The notes beneath the pieces were generated by a model, which saw only the letters and a list, made by a program, of their open reading frames with translations, ran no database searches and was not told where the DNA came from. From a bacterium (GTDB lineage: Bacteria > Patescibacteriota > Andersenbacteria > UBA10190), in contig JBDRMS010000006.1 of assembly GCA_043811915.1 (NCBI GenBank), positions 22,870 to 86,869 of the forward strand: 64,000 nt of DNA, given 5' to 3'. The position numbers were made by a program, and so were the translations under genes. The stretch's first letter is position 1. Each line of letters begins with the position of its first letter. Below are positions 39,460-48,807 of this stretch, piece after piece.

Positions 39460-40866
39460 GTGCGAGCTTTTTTAGTGGTTTTATTGTTGGCCTGGTTGGT
39501 TGGCGTTGCGTTGGGGATAGCGGGACTATCTGTGGTAGTGATGTTATTGGCGGCGGCGGCGTTTGGTTTGGGAGCCGTGCGGCATTGCTTTCAACTAGCT
39601 ATAACTACTGCGTTGTTGATCTGTTTGGGGTATGTGTGGGGCGGTTACGCGGGCATTTCCGGAATAGGCGATTGCAATTTTGAGCCGGGGGCGACAGGCG
39701 GGATTATCGGTCAGCCGCGAATTGAGGCAGAGAGAGTTTTGGTAGTAATACAAAGTGAACATAGTTGTCGGGCGCTGGTTACGACTGGTCGCTTTAGTGA
39801 ACTGGAAGAAGGAGATGTGCTCGAACTAACTGGCGGGCAGGTGCAATCACTTCAGGAAGTGCGGGATTATTCTGCGGGTTATGCTGGATATTTGGAGCGG
39901 CGGGGGATTAGTGCGACGTGGAGATACCCAAATATTAATGTGGCTCAGCCAAGCAGTAATTGGACAAATATGTTGCATGACAGAGTGCGAGAGCGGGTCA
40001 CATCATTGTTCATAGAGCCAGACGCCAGCGTAGTGCTGGCGGTGTTGCTGGCCGAGAAGGGCACGTTGCCGGATCAGTTGGTGGAACAGTTTAGGACGAC
40101 TGGCGTCAGCCATGTCTTAGCTATTTCCGGCCTGCATATATCGTTATTAACCGGTATGTTGCTGGCGGTGTTGATGGCGTTGCCGCTGGCACCACGGGTG
40201 CGGACGGTCGTGGTACTTGCCTGGTTGTGGTCCTATGTTGTTTTTATTGGATGGCCGACTTCGGCGACCCGGGCGGCTGCTTTCTGGACTATTGCGCTGG
40301 TGGCGTTACAACTGCACGTTTTGGTTAGCCTGCCGACAATTTTGTTGCTGGCGGCAACTGTGCTGGTTTCTTTGGATCCCTTGTTTTTATTAGATGTTGG
40401 TTTTCAGCTTTCGATTAGTGCAGTGGCGGGGATTTTTATAGTGTTGTTTTTAACGCGTGATTTGCCTAAGCGGAGCTGGGTTCTTGATTTAACATTGGTT
40501 TCCCTGGGGGCCTGGTTAGCCACGGGCCCAGTGATTGCCTATCATTTTGGCAATGTTGTTTTGTCAGGCGTAATGACGAACTTGCTAGTTGTACCTCTAG
40601 TGCCGGCGTTGTTGGTGTTGGCTGTGGTGGCGCTGCTGCTGTCGCTAGTATTTATGCCAGCGGCAATGCTGATGACCTGGTTGACGCATGGCGTTATCGG
40701 TTGGATTGATTGGGCTACTAGCCTTATTTCCGCCCAGCCTGGCCTTTTTTATGAAGGAGTAAATGTGCCGGTGTGGTCGGTGTTTGTCTATTATCTAGTT
40801 ATGATCGGTCTAGGCGGAGTGGTTTTGCGGTATCAGAAGCGTAACTGGCGGGAGATATGGCAATGA
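39460..40866 (+). CDS. comEC: ComEC/Rec2 competence channel domain protein
   Basis: G.SHVLAISGLH, S..RA, GFQLS. Confidence 0.9.
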   Translation: MRAFLVVLLLAWLVGVALGIAGLSVVVMLLAAAAFGLGAVRHCFQLAITTALLICLGYVWGGYAGISGIGDCNFEPGATGGIIGQPRIEAERVLVVIQSEHSCRALVTTGRFSELEEGDVLELTGGQVQSLQEVRDYSAGYAGYLERRGISATWRYPNINVAQPSSNWTNMLHDRVRERVTSLFIEPDASVVLAVLLAEKGTLPDQLVEQFRTTGVSHVLAISGLHISLLTGMLLAVLMALPLAPRVRTVVVLAWLWSYVVFIGWPTSATRAAAFWTIALVALQLHVLVSLPTILLLAATVLVSLDPLFLLDVGFQLSISAVAGIFIVLFLTRDLPKRSWVLDLTLVSLGAWLATGPVIAYHFGNVVLSGVMTNLLVVPLVPALLVLAVVALLLSLVFMPAAMLMTWLTHGVIGWIDWATSLISAQPGLFYEGVNVPVWSVFVYYLVMIGLGGVVLRYQKRNWREIWQ

Positions 40867-41777
40867 AAGAGCAGAGGGCAGAGATTAAAGATAAAAGTTA
40901 CGGGCTGGAAGCTGGGGTCTTGATTTTGATTATTATTTTGCTGCTGCTGGCAGTGGTGCCGGGGGTGGAGGATAAAGTGGTTTTTCTGGATGTGAGGCAA
41001 GGAGACTCTATTCTTTTGCAAAGTAAAACTAATCAAGTATTGATTGACGGTGGACCGGGGATGACGGTATTGCGTCGGCTGGGGGAAGAAATGCCGTGGT
41101 TCGACAGAAGAATTGAGGTGGTGGTACTAACTCATCCCCAACGAGATCACATGGAAGGGTTGTTGCATGCGCTGGACAGATATGAAGTGGGAATGGTGCT
41201 GCTACCAAAAATTGCTCATACCTCGCAAATGCAGGAGGCGTGGCTGAAGAGAATTACCAGTAAGGGAATTGCTTATCGTTTTGCCTGGGCAGGCGAAAAG
41301 ATTGTTGCGGGAGATATGATGATGACAATATTGGGGCCGTTTGACACTGAAGCGGCCAGGGCAGCAGCGCGAGCCAATTTGAATAATGTGGCAGTGGTGG
41401 CGCGAGTGGACTATGGCGGGATGTCTTTCCTGCTAACGGGGGACATTGAGAAGCGGATGGAGAGGATGTTGGTGTTGGAGTATGCGCGCGCCTCCTCACC
41501 AAGGGTTTTCCCGGCACGCGCTGCGAATGTCCTCGACGTTGATGTTTTGAAGGCCGGGCATCACGGCAGTAAGACTTCTACTAATGAGATATTGATTGAC
41601 AAGGCGAAGCCGGCGGCGGCGGTAATATCGGTGGGGGCTGATAATAAGTTTGGCCATCCTCATCCGGATGTACTGGCGCGTCTGGGCGATATACCGGTTT
41701 GGCGGACGGATGAAGCGGGATCGATTGGTTTTAAGTTGATGGATGATGGGCGGTGGATAATTGATGTTGACGGGTGA
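40857..41777 (+). CDS. ComEC-associated metallo-beta-lactamase domain protein
   Basis: FLDV.QGD, THPQRDH, TGD, GHHGSKTS, N.FGHP. Confidence 0.9.
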   Translation: MAMKEQRAEIKDKSYGLEAGVLILIIILLLLAVVPGVEDKVVFLDVRQGDSILLQSKTNQVLIDGGPGMTVLRRLGEEMPWFDRRIEVVVLTHPQRDHMEGLLHALDRYEVGMVLLPKIAHTSQMQEAWLKRITSKGIAYRFAWAGEKIVAGDMMMTILGPFDTEAARAAARANLNNVAVVARVDYGGMSFLLTGDIEKRMERMLVLEYARASSPRVFPARAANVLDVDVLKAGHHGSKTSTNEILIDKAKPAAAVISVGADNKFGHPHPDVLARLGDIPVWRTDEAGSIGFKLMDDGRWIIDVDG

Positions 41778-41799
41778 GGAGAATTTGTTAATGTTAGTA

Positions 41800-41960
41800 A
41801 CCGGTAGATGTTGTTTTTAAAGTTTGATCAAAAGGGATAAGTGAAGTGGGTGTAACTCCCACGCTGTGCCGCAACGGTAACCCCGCCTTTAGGCGGGGGA
41901 GTCCGATCCTTATCCGGTGTGTTAATTATTATTTAGCTTCCGAGCAGGGGCGCAAAGAAA
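41800..41960 (+). promoter_or_regulatory. Cobalamin riboswitch (compact) aptamer
   Basis: GGATAAG/CTTATCC closing stem, GTGGG-TGTAAC-TCCCAC T-loop arm, GCTGTGCCGC, AACGGT...AGTCCG B12 box; lies upstream of B12 genes. Confidence 0.85.
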
Positions 41961-41968
41961 GAATATTT

Positions 41969-42006
41969 GTCTCCTTGCTCTGGAAAATCAAGAAAGGAGA
42001 TTTTTT
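41969..42006 (+). terminator. Riboswitch expression platform: terminator / SD-sequestering hairpin
   Basis: GTCTCCTT/AAGGAGAT stem followed by a T run; contains the SD of TTG 42005. Confidence 0.6.
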
Positions 42007-42472
42007 GTTAAAAGAGAAAAAAATTTATCGGGTGCGGGTTGAGATAGTAACGCTGTTGATATTGGTGCCGCTGGTGCTGGTGCTGGGGGCGGTGTTGAGT
42101 AGTTGGCCGCAAGACGCTGAAGAAAGTAAGCCGGCTGTTGCAGGCGAGGCACGACAAGTAGTGACGCTGAATATTCAGGGTCCTGGGGAAGTTATGGTGT
42201 ATGAGGTGGCTGTTGAGGGTGAAGCAACTGTTCGGGAGGTGTTAGAGGGGGCAGTTGTGCGAAGCGGCCTACTGCTTGACGTAAAGGACTACGGAGAGGA
42301 GTTGGGAATTTTTGTGGAAGCGATTAACGGGGTAGCAGGAGATGCCGGTCGCGGCACTTACTGGCATTTGTATATCAACGACGTATTGTCGCCGGTGGGG
42401 GCATCAACGGCCAAAGTGATGCCGGGCGACAGGATAACCTGGAAATATGAAAAACAGCATGAAGAAAATTAG
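42005..42472 (+). CDS. Membrane-anchored DUF4430 (transcobalamin C-terminal-like) protein
   Basis: TM then G.FVEAING, YWHLYIN, VGAS, GDRITW.Y; TTG start after AGGAG. Confidence 0.8.
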   Translation: MLKEKKIYRVRVEIVTLLILVPLVLVLGAVLSSWPQDAEESKPAVAGEARQVVTLNIQGPGEVMVYEVAVEGEATVREVLEGAVVRSGLLLDVKDYGEELGIFVEAINGVAGDAGRGTYWHLYINDVLSPVGASTAKVMPGDRITWKYEKQHEEN

Positions 42473-44321
42473 TTTACTGGTAGTTTGTGTAGTGGGAATA
42501 GCCTGGGGCGCGTTGACGTTACAGGCGGCCGGGGAAGCAACTGTTGATTTAAGAATAGAGGGGAGCGAGAGCACAGTGTTTGCAAGGCCGGTTACAGTGT
42601 CGGATTGCAGTATTGCAGATGTAGGAGGAGTTGAGCACGAAATGTCAGGGGTGGCAGCGTGCGCTCTGGCAAAGGCGGCGGAGCAGAGCAGTTTCGAGAT
42701 GGAATTCAAGGATTTTGGCTTCGGTTTGTTTCTGGACAGAATTGGTTCGGATAGTACACCGGATGACTTTTCACAGAGCTGGTCTTTTTGGACCAATGAC
42801 AGCCCGGCCAGCGTGGGAGTTGACACCTACGAGGTGGAAGAAGGGGATAACTTATTACTGGCTTTTTCCGCCTGGCCGGCAGTGCCGCTGCGAGTGACGG
42901 GACCGGATGCGGCCGAGGCCGGCGAGACCATTACTTTTCTGGTAGAGAAGCGTGTAGGGGAATATGACGATAGCTTTATCTGGCAGGGCGGGTGGCAGGC
43001 GGCAGAAAATGCGATTTTGGATGTGGGAAGTAATGAATACCAGGTACCCGCTGACGGCGTGGTTAGAGTGACACTGGATAGCCCAGGGACAATAGCAGTG
43101 CAGGCGCGGGGAGAGGGACTGGTGCGCAGCAGCAGGCATGTAGTAGAAGTGGCGGCAGTGGTGGCGAGTCCGAGCGCGGAACCGACTGTGTCGCCAAGTC
43201 CGAACCCTAGTCCTTCATCCAGCAATAGCTCATCACCAAGCCCAAGCGTGGTGCCGGTTAGTGTTAATATGCGGCAAGACAGCGCGGGGCGGGCGCTTGT
43301 CTATCTGCGCGGGCAGCAAAGCAGTGATGGCACCATTGGCGGCTCAATGACGTCGGCCTGGAGCGCGATGGCTTTTGGGGCTGATTATCAGAGGGCACAA
43401 AATATTATGAAAGGCGGCGCTTCTTTGCTGGATGGATTAGAACAGGCTGTCTTGAGCAGTGCCACTGATGTGGAGCGGCAAATAATGGCGGTGCGGGCGG
43501 CGGGCATTAACCCAAGGTCATTTGCTGGCAGTGATTTGGTTATGGAATTAAAAAGTTATTATCGACAAGGTCAATTTGGTGAGGAGAGCCTGATTAATGA
43601 TGATGTGTTTGGTATATTGGCACTGTTGGCTGCCGAAGAGCCGATAGAATCGCCGGAAATAAGGGGGGCAGTAAAGACTGTGCTGTCTGCCCAGAAGTTT
43701 GACGGATCGTGGGATAACATTGATATGACGGCGGCGGCGGTGCAGGCGTTGAATGTTTATGCGAAACGGGGGGGCAGTATAGCAGTCGGTGGTGCAGTAA
43801 TCAGGGCGCGTGATTATTTACGTAATAGTCAGGACAAGTATGGTGGCTGGGGAGAAAATTCGGCCACGACGGCCTGGACTATTCAGGCGGTGGTGGCGCT
43901 GGGGGAGAAGGTGGATAGTTGGAAAAATAATGATGGCATGACGCCATGGCAGGCCTTGCTTCGTTATCGGAATAATAACGGTGGTTTTGGCTGGAGAGAA
44001 AAGAATGATGTGTCGGCATTTATGACGGCATACGCGGTGCCGGCGTTGCTTGGCCGGGCATGGCCGATTACTTTATTGGAATTGGAGACATCCTTGGCCA
44101 CATCTCCATTGCCGGCGGTGGCTGGTGCTGTGACGGCGATAGCTACCGTGGCGCCGGTAAGTTCTCTAGTGCCAGAGGTGGTATCGGAAGAGGTGGCTAA
44201 TGTTAATGTTGGTGATGATTTTGTTGCGCCCAGGGCGGTGGACCGTAACTTTGCGATTACTTTATTTGGTTTAGCTAATTTGGGTATTGGGGTGGCGGTG
44301 GCTAGAATGATTTTGATATGA
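42447..44321 (+). CDS. Exported DUF4430-like + prenyltransferase/squalene-oxidase-type alpha-barrel protein (putative B12 capture)
   Basis: Signal peptide; FGLFLDRIG..WSFWTN..VG; Ser/Pro linker; Q..DG.W repeats; C-terminal TM. Confidence 0.75.
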   Translation: MKNSMKKISLLVVCVVGIAWGALTLQAAGEATVDLRIEGSESTVFARPVTVSDCSIADVGGVEHEMSGVAACALAKAAEQSSFEMEFKDFGFGLFLDRIGSDSTPDDFSQSWSFWTNDSPASVGVDTYEVEEGDNLLLAFSAWPAVPLRVTGPDAAEAGETITFLVEKRVGEYDDSFIWQGGWQAAENAILDVGSNEYQVPADGVVRVTLDSPGTIAVQARGEGLVRSSRHVVEVAAVVASPSAEPTVSPSPNPSPSSSNSSSPSPSVVPVSVNMRQDSAGRALVYLRGQQSSDGTIGGSMTSAWSAMAFGADYQRAQNIMKGGASLLDGLEQAVLSSATDVERQIMAVRAAGINPRSFAGSDLVMELKSYYRQGQFGEESLINDDVFGILALLAAEEPIESPEIRGAVKTVLSAQKFDGSWDNIDMTAAAVQALNVYAKRGGSIAVGGAVIRARDYLRNSQDKYGGWGENSATTAWTIQAVVALGEKVDSWKNNDGMTPWQALLRYRNNNGGFGWREKNDVSAFMTAYAVPALLGRAWPITLLELETSLATSPLPAVAGAVTAIATVAPVSSLVPEVVSEEVANVNVGDDFVAPRAVDRNFAITLFGLANLGIGVAVARMILI

Positions 44322-44878
44322 AGAAGGATTACTTGCTCTGGTTTTTCCTGGCGGCATTGATAGCGGGAGCGGCAATGGTGCGGGTGGGTAGTCATTTTCC
44401 CAACGCCACGCCGGTGGCGGCTGTTGCCTTATTGGCTGGAGCTGGTTTGAAGACGCGCTGGGCGGCGGCGGTGCCGCTGATAGCGATGGCTGTATCTGAC
44501 GTGTTTATTGGTTTTTCTCCATGGCCGATTACGGTGGCGGTTTACGGGTCGTTTGCCTTGATAGCATTGTTGGGCCGCTGGCTTGAGAACAATAGAGCGG
44601 CGGGGCGGGTAGTCGCGGCGGCGCTAGCTTCGTCTATATTATTTTATCTGATTACTAATGGGGCGGTGTGGTGGTTCAGCGGTCTTTATGCGCACACGGT
44701 GGATGGGCTTATCCTTTGTTATTACCTGGCCATACCATTTTTCCGCAATACGATGCTGGGAGACCTGGCTTATACGGGCGGCTTGTTCCTGGTGGTGGAA
44801 TATGTGCCGACGTTAGCGAACCTTTTCCACAATTTTCACAACAAAATTAAAATTCACTATGGTACACTGGTCGGATGA
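44318..44878 (+). CDS. DUF6580-type, ECF S-component-like putative cobalamin transporter
   Basis: H.PNATPVAA.AL, SD..IG, FYLITN, Y..AIPFFRN.M.GD; ~6 TM; B12 context. Confidence 0.75.
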   Translation: MKKDYLLWFFLAALIAGAAMVRVGSHFPNATPVAAVALLAGAGLKTRWAAAVPLIAMAVSDVFIGFSPWPITVAVYGSFALIALLGRWLENNRAAGRVVAAALASSILFYLITNGAVWWFSGLYAHTVDGLILCYYLAIPFFRNTMLGDLAYTGGLFLVVEYVPTLANLFHNFHNKIKIHYGTLVG

Positions 44879-47193
44879 ATTATTTTAAAACACTGCAGAA
44901 AGTAAACATCAGGTTTTCGCTTAGTGAGGGAGACGTGGCGAATATTCCTTCAATTCGTAAGCGGGATGGCCGAGTGGTGTCGTTTTCTCTGGACAAAATA
45001 TCGCAGGCAGTGTTGAAGGCGTTGAAAGTGACAAAAGAGGGGGATGAGTCGGATGCTGACTTTATTGCCAAGAAGGTGGCACGAGATGTATTGAAATTGA
45101 GGCGAGCCAGCCACAGTGAGCGGTTTGTGCCGGATGTGGAAATGATTCAGGATCTGGTAGAGGAAGAGTTGATGTTGCAGGATTTTGTCAAAACGGCCAA
45201 GGCTTACATTTTATACAGGGAGAAACATGCGGAGCTGCGGGAGATTAAGGGAGTGGTGCCGGCTCGAGTGAAGGATCTGGTGGCCAGGAGTAGAAAATAT
45301 TTCCGAAACCCGTTGGCCGAGTTTATTTACTTTCGCACTTACGCGCGCTGGATTGATGAAGAAGGACGGCGCGAGACCTGGATTGAAACGGTGGATCGCT
45401 ACCTGGACTTTATGAAGGAGAATATAGGTGATCGTTTGAGTGAAGAGGAATACAGCGAAGTGCGCCAGGCTATTTTGAATCATGAGGCGATGCCTTCCAT
45501 GCGGTTGATGCAGTTTGCGGGTAAGGCGGCGCGAAATACCAACGTATGCACCTATAATTGTTCTTACATTGCCCCTTCCAATTGGCAGGATTTTGCTGAG
45601 GTAATGTATGTGTCGATGTGCGGGACAGGAGTCGGTTTCTCAGTAGAGAGTCAAAACATACAGGCCCTGCCTCAGATTAAGAAACAGACGGGAGAGCAGC
45701 TGCCGAAACAGGTGGTGGATGACAGCAAGGAAGGCTGGGCTGATGCGCTGGCGCTGGGCTTAAACACGTGGGCTGACGGCAAAGACATTAAGTTTGATTT
45801 ATCAGGACTAAGGCCAGCCGGAGCCAGATTGAAAACGATGGGCGGCAAAAGTTCCGGTCCGGAGCCGCTGCGCCAGCTGCTGGAGTTCACGCGCAGCAAA
45901 ATGTTGAATAAACAGGGCAAGCGGCTGTCGAACATCGATGCCCACGACATCCTGTGTAAGATTGGTGATTGTGTGGTGTCTGGCGGAGTGAGACGCAGTG
46001 CTTTGATTTCTCTGTCTGATCTGGATGATACCGATATGCGTGATGCCAAGAAGGGACAGTTTTATGTGCAGGAGCCGCAGCGAAGTCTAGCTAATAATTC
46101 GGCGGTGTATCATGAGAAGCCGCTAACCACCGACTTTATTGATGAGTGGGTGGCGCTGATGAAGAGCGGCAGCGGTGAGCGGGGTATATTTAACCGGGGA
46201 AATTTATCGCAGACGCTGCCCAGGCGTCGGTTGGAACGGCTGGTCAAGGGTGAGGAGCCGCAGTGGGGCACAAACCCGTGCGGAGAAATTATCCTGAAGT
46301 CGAAGCAGTTTTGTAACTTAACGGAAGTAGTGGCGCGGCCGAAGGATACATTGGAAAACTTGAAGCACAAGATAAAAATAGCGTCGATTCTAGGTACCTA
46401 CCAGGCGACACTGACTAACTTTCCTTATTTGTCCAAAGAGTGGCAGGAGAACTGTGAGACGGAACGGTTACTGGGTGTTTCTATCACGGGGCAGTGGGAC
46501 TGTGAGACGGTGAGGGATAAAAAAGTATTGCAGCAGTTGCGGGAAGAGGCGGTGGCGACAAACAAAGAATACGCGGAGAGGTTTGGTATTCCTCAGGCAA
46601 CTTGCGTGACCTGTGTCAAGCCTTCCGGCACGGTATCGCAGGTGGTGGACTGTGCTTCGGGTATGCACCCGCGGCACGCCAGGTATTACATTCGCCGGGT
46701 CCGTATTTCGGCTACGGACGCACTGTTTATGATGTTGAAAGATCAAGGCGTGCCTTATTATCCGGAAGTTGGTCAGTCGGTGGAAGATGCCAGCACATAC
46801 GTGTTTGAGTTTCCGGTTAAGGCACCGGAAGGAGCGGTGGTGAAGGATGACCTCACGGCGTTGGAGCAGCTTTTGCACTGGAAAATGGTCAAGGAAAACT
46901 TTACGGAGCATAATCCGTCGGTAACTATTTCGGTGGGAGACGATGAGTGGATTCGAGTGGCTGACTGGTTGTATGATAATTGGGAGTTGGTGGGAGGACT
47001 GTCATTCCTGCCGCGGACAGACCACGTGTATCAGCTGGCGCCCTATGAGGAGATAGACAAGGAACGTTACGAAGAGTTGCTGAAAGGAATGCAAGACATA
47101 GACTATGCCAAAATCGTTACTTATGAAAAAATGGATGACACGGATGTGAAGATGGAACTGGCCTGTGCGGCGGGGGTGTGTGATATAGGGTGA
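44875..47193 (+). CDS. nrdJ: Class II (adenosylcobalamin-dependent) ribonucleotide reductase with ATP cone
   Basis: KRDGR ATP cone, RTYAR, NCSY, GGVRRSA, TNPCGEI, KPSGT, C-terminal CAAGVC. Confidence 0.92.
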   Translation: MNYFKTLQKVNIRFSLSEGDVANIPSIRKRDGRVVSFSLDKISQAVLKALKVTKEGDESDADFIAKKVARDVLKLRRASHSERFVPDVEMIQDLVEEELMLQDFVKTAKAYILYREKHAELREIKGVVPARVKDLVARSRKYFRNPLAEFIYFRTYARWIDEEGRRETWIETVDRYLDFMKENIGDRLSEEEYSEVRQAILNHEAMPSMRLMQFAGKAARNTNVCTYNCSYIAPSNWQDFAEVMYVSMCGTGVGFSVESQNIQALPQIKKQTGEQLPKQVVDDSKEGWADALALGLNTWADGKDIKFDLSGLRPAGARLKTMGGKSSGPEPLRQLLEFTRSKMLNKQGKRLSNIDAHDILCKIGDCVVSGGVRRSALISLSDLDDTDMRDAKKGQFYVQEPQRSLANNSAVYHEKPLTTDFIDEWVALMKSGSGERGIFNRGNLSQTLPRRRLERLVKGEEPQWGTNPCGEIILKSKQFCNLTEVVARPKDTLENLKHKIKIASILGTYQATLTNFPYLSKEWQENCETERLLGVSITGQWDCETVRDKKVLQQLREEAVATNKEYAERFGIPQATCVTCVKPSGTVSQVVDCASGMHPRHARYYIRRVRISATDALFMMLKDQGVPYYPEVGQSVEDASTYVFEFPVKAPEGAVVKDDLTALEQLLHWKMVKENFTEHNPSVTISVGDDEWIRVADWLYDNWELVGGLSFLPRTDHVYQLAPYEEIDKERYEELLKGMQDIDYAKIVTYEKMDDTDVKMELACAAGVCDIG

Positions 47194-47729
47194 TGTTGTA
47201 TACCAGGCAGGGGGACAGTGGTGCGACGTTCACCTGTCCGGCCGGGTCCAGAGTGTCGAAGCGGTCTAAATTAATTGAGGCGCTGGGGGCTCTGGATGAA
47301 ATAAATTCCTGGCTGGGGTTTTGTAAGGCGCGGTTGCCGGAAGAGGTCGGGTCGCTAAAAGATATCATTCATGGATTGCAGGAGGATTTGTTTATAGTGC
47401 AGGCGGAGCTGGCCGGGGCGGACAAGACAATAACGGCTGACAAAGTAAAAAGGATGGAGGTTCTGACGGATCAAATAGAACAACAGTTGCCGAAGATAAA
47501 TACTTTTTTTATCGCGGGGGAGACGGAGATATCTGCGTCTCTGGATGTGGCGCGGGCGCTGGCGCGCCGGGCCGAGCGGCGGGTGGTTGACGCAGTGGAG
47601 GCAGGGGAAGCGCAGGTGGGGAATGACACGAAAGCTTTTCTCAATCGCCTGTCCAGTGTGCTGTACGTCTTGGTTCGCTTCGCTAACCACAAACTAGGCG
47701 TCACCGAAAAATCACCAACCTACAGATAA
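47190..47729 (+). CDS. pduO: PduO-type cob(I)alamin adenosyltransferase
   Basis: YTRQGD.G.T, G.LDE.NS, RRAER, NRLSS. Confidence 0.92.
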   Translation: MMLYTRQGDSGATFTCPAGSRVSKRSKLIEALGALDEINSWLGFCKARLPEEVGSLKDIIHGLQEDLFIVQAELAGADKTITADKVKRMEVLTDQIEQQLPKINTFFIAGETEISASLDVARALARRAERRVVDAVEAGEAQVGNDTKAFLNRLSSVLYVLVRFANHKLGVTEKSPTYR

Positions 47730-47789
47730 TAGCCCTAGGTGGCTTGTAGAGGTAATTCCGAAGATAATCTTCGGAATTGGTGTTACAAT

Positions 47790-47822
47790 AAAAAAGCCCG
47801 ACTTACCTCTTAATCGTCGGGC
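47790..47822 (-). terminator. Rho-independent terminator for minus-strand genes
   Basis: GCCCGAC/GTCGGGC stem preceded by an A run on +. Confidence 0.6.
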
Positions 47823-47862
47823 GTGTTGATGGTTTGAATGTGCATGTCAGTGTACGAACGAG

Positions 47863-48681
47863 CTACTTTACCTCTAGCCTGTCACCGAGAATGGCGTCGA
47901 TCTCCGCGACAGTTTCGGCCGGTTCCTTCAGGTCTTGGAGGAGGGTATCCACGGAACTGATGTCGTTTTCTACAGCCGCCTCGTCCCATTTTTCCCCCTC
48001 TACCCTAAGTTCAGTTTCGACATTCACCAGCAGTGCTTCGATTTTTTCCTCAATACCAGCCAGCTGGTTGGACAGTGAAGTGCTGTTGCCTACGGCGTAG
48101 GAAGACTGGAGAGCTTTCAAAGCCACAGATTTGGCATCGATAGCCGCCAGCTGTGACTTGAACCGTTCTACTTTGTCCCGGGCAACTATCTGTTTTTGGC
48201 CAAGTCCTTCGGCTGTCTTTTGCATAACCAGCTGTGCCTCCTGCAATCCGGAAATACTCCCTGCCTTGTTTTTCCTGAGAGTAATCAATCGGTCAGACGT
48301 TCTTTGAATGTCATCCACGGAGTAGGTTCTACCCGCTATCTCGACCGGTGCAGACCCGGTAAGTTTTGTGCGCAGTCTACTTAGTGTCTGATCTATCTGC
48401 TGCACCGACTCCTCCAGAGACTTAATTTCTCTGTCCAGACGCTCCGCTTTGACTGTCGTCTGGATTCTTGTTCTGCGCATGGCTTCAATATCGCTCTTGA
48501 CTTTCTCCATCGCCAAGGTGATTGCCTTGCGCTCCACGGCTAACTTGCCCAGAACCCTATCAATTCGTTCCAGAAAACTGTCAGCCACCAACTCGCCGCG
48601 GGCACCGAGATCCTTGACGAAAAAGGCGGCGCCCAAGGCGAGCAACGCAACAATAACCAGCACGATTACCAAGACTCTCAT
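47863..48681 (-). CDS. Membrane-anchored coiled-coil protein, PspA/IM30-like
   Basis: N-terminal TM, long heptad helices; AGGAG SD before ATG 48681. Confidence 0.6.
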   Translation of the reverse strand: MRVLVIVLVIVALLALGAAFFVKDLGARGELVADSFLERIDRVLGKLAVERKAITLAMEKVKSDIEAMRRTRIQTTVKAERLDREIKSLEESVQQIDQTLSRLRTKLTGSAPVEIAGRTYSVDDIQRTSDRLITLRKNKAGSISGLQEAQLVMQKTAEGLGQKQIVARDKVERFKSQLAAIDAKSVALKALQSSYAVGNSTSLSNQLAGIEEKIEALLVNVETELRVEGEKWDEAAVENDISSVDTLLQDLKEPAETVAEIDAILGDRLEVK

Positions 48682-48807
48682 TTTAGTGTCTCCTAACAAG
48701 AGGAAGAAAGTGGTACTAGATACGTCAGTCCGTTTTGCCAGGGTTCCAGAGTTGTCTTTTACATCTTATTACCTCCTTCTCATAAACTGTTGTGGTCTTT
48801 TAGGAAA

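Noticed and set aside
41846-42004. N-terminal extension of ORF 41846..42472
   Set aside because: It overlaps the riboswitch; the SD-supported TTG at 42005 is the more plausible start
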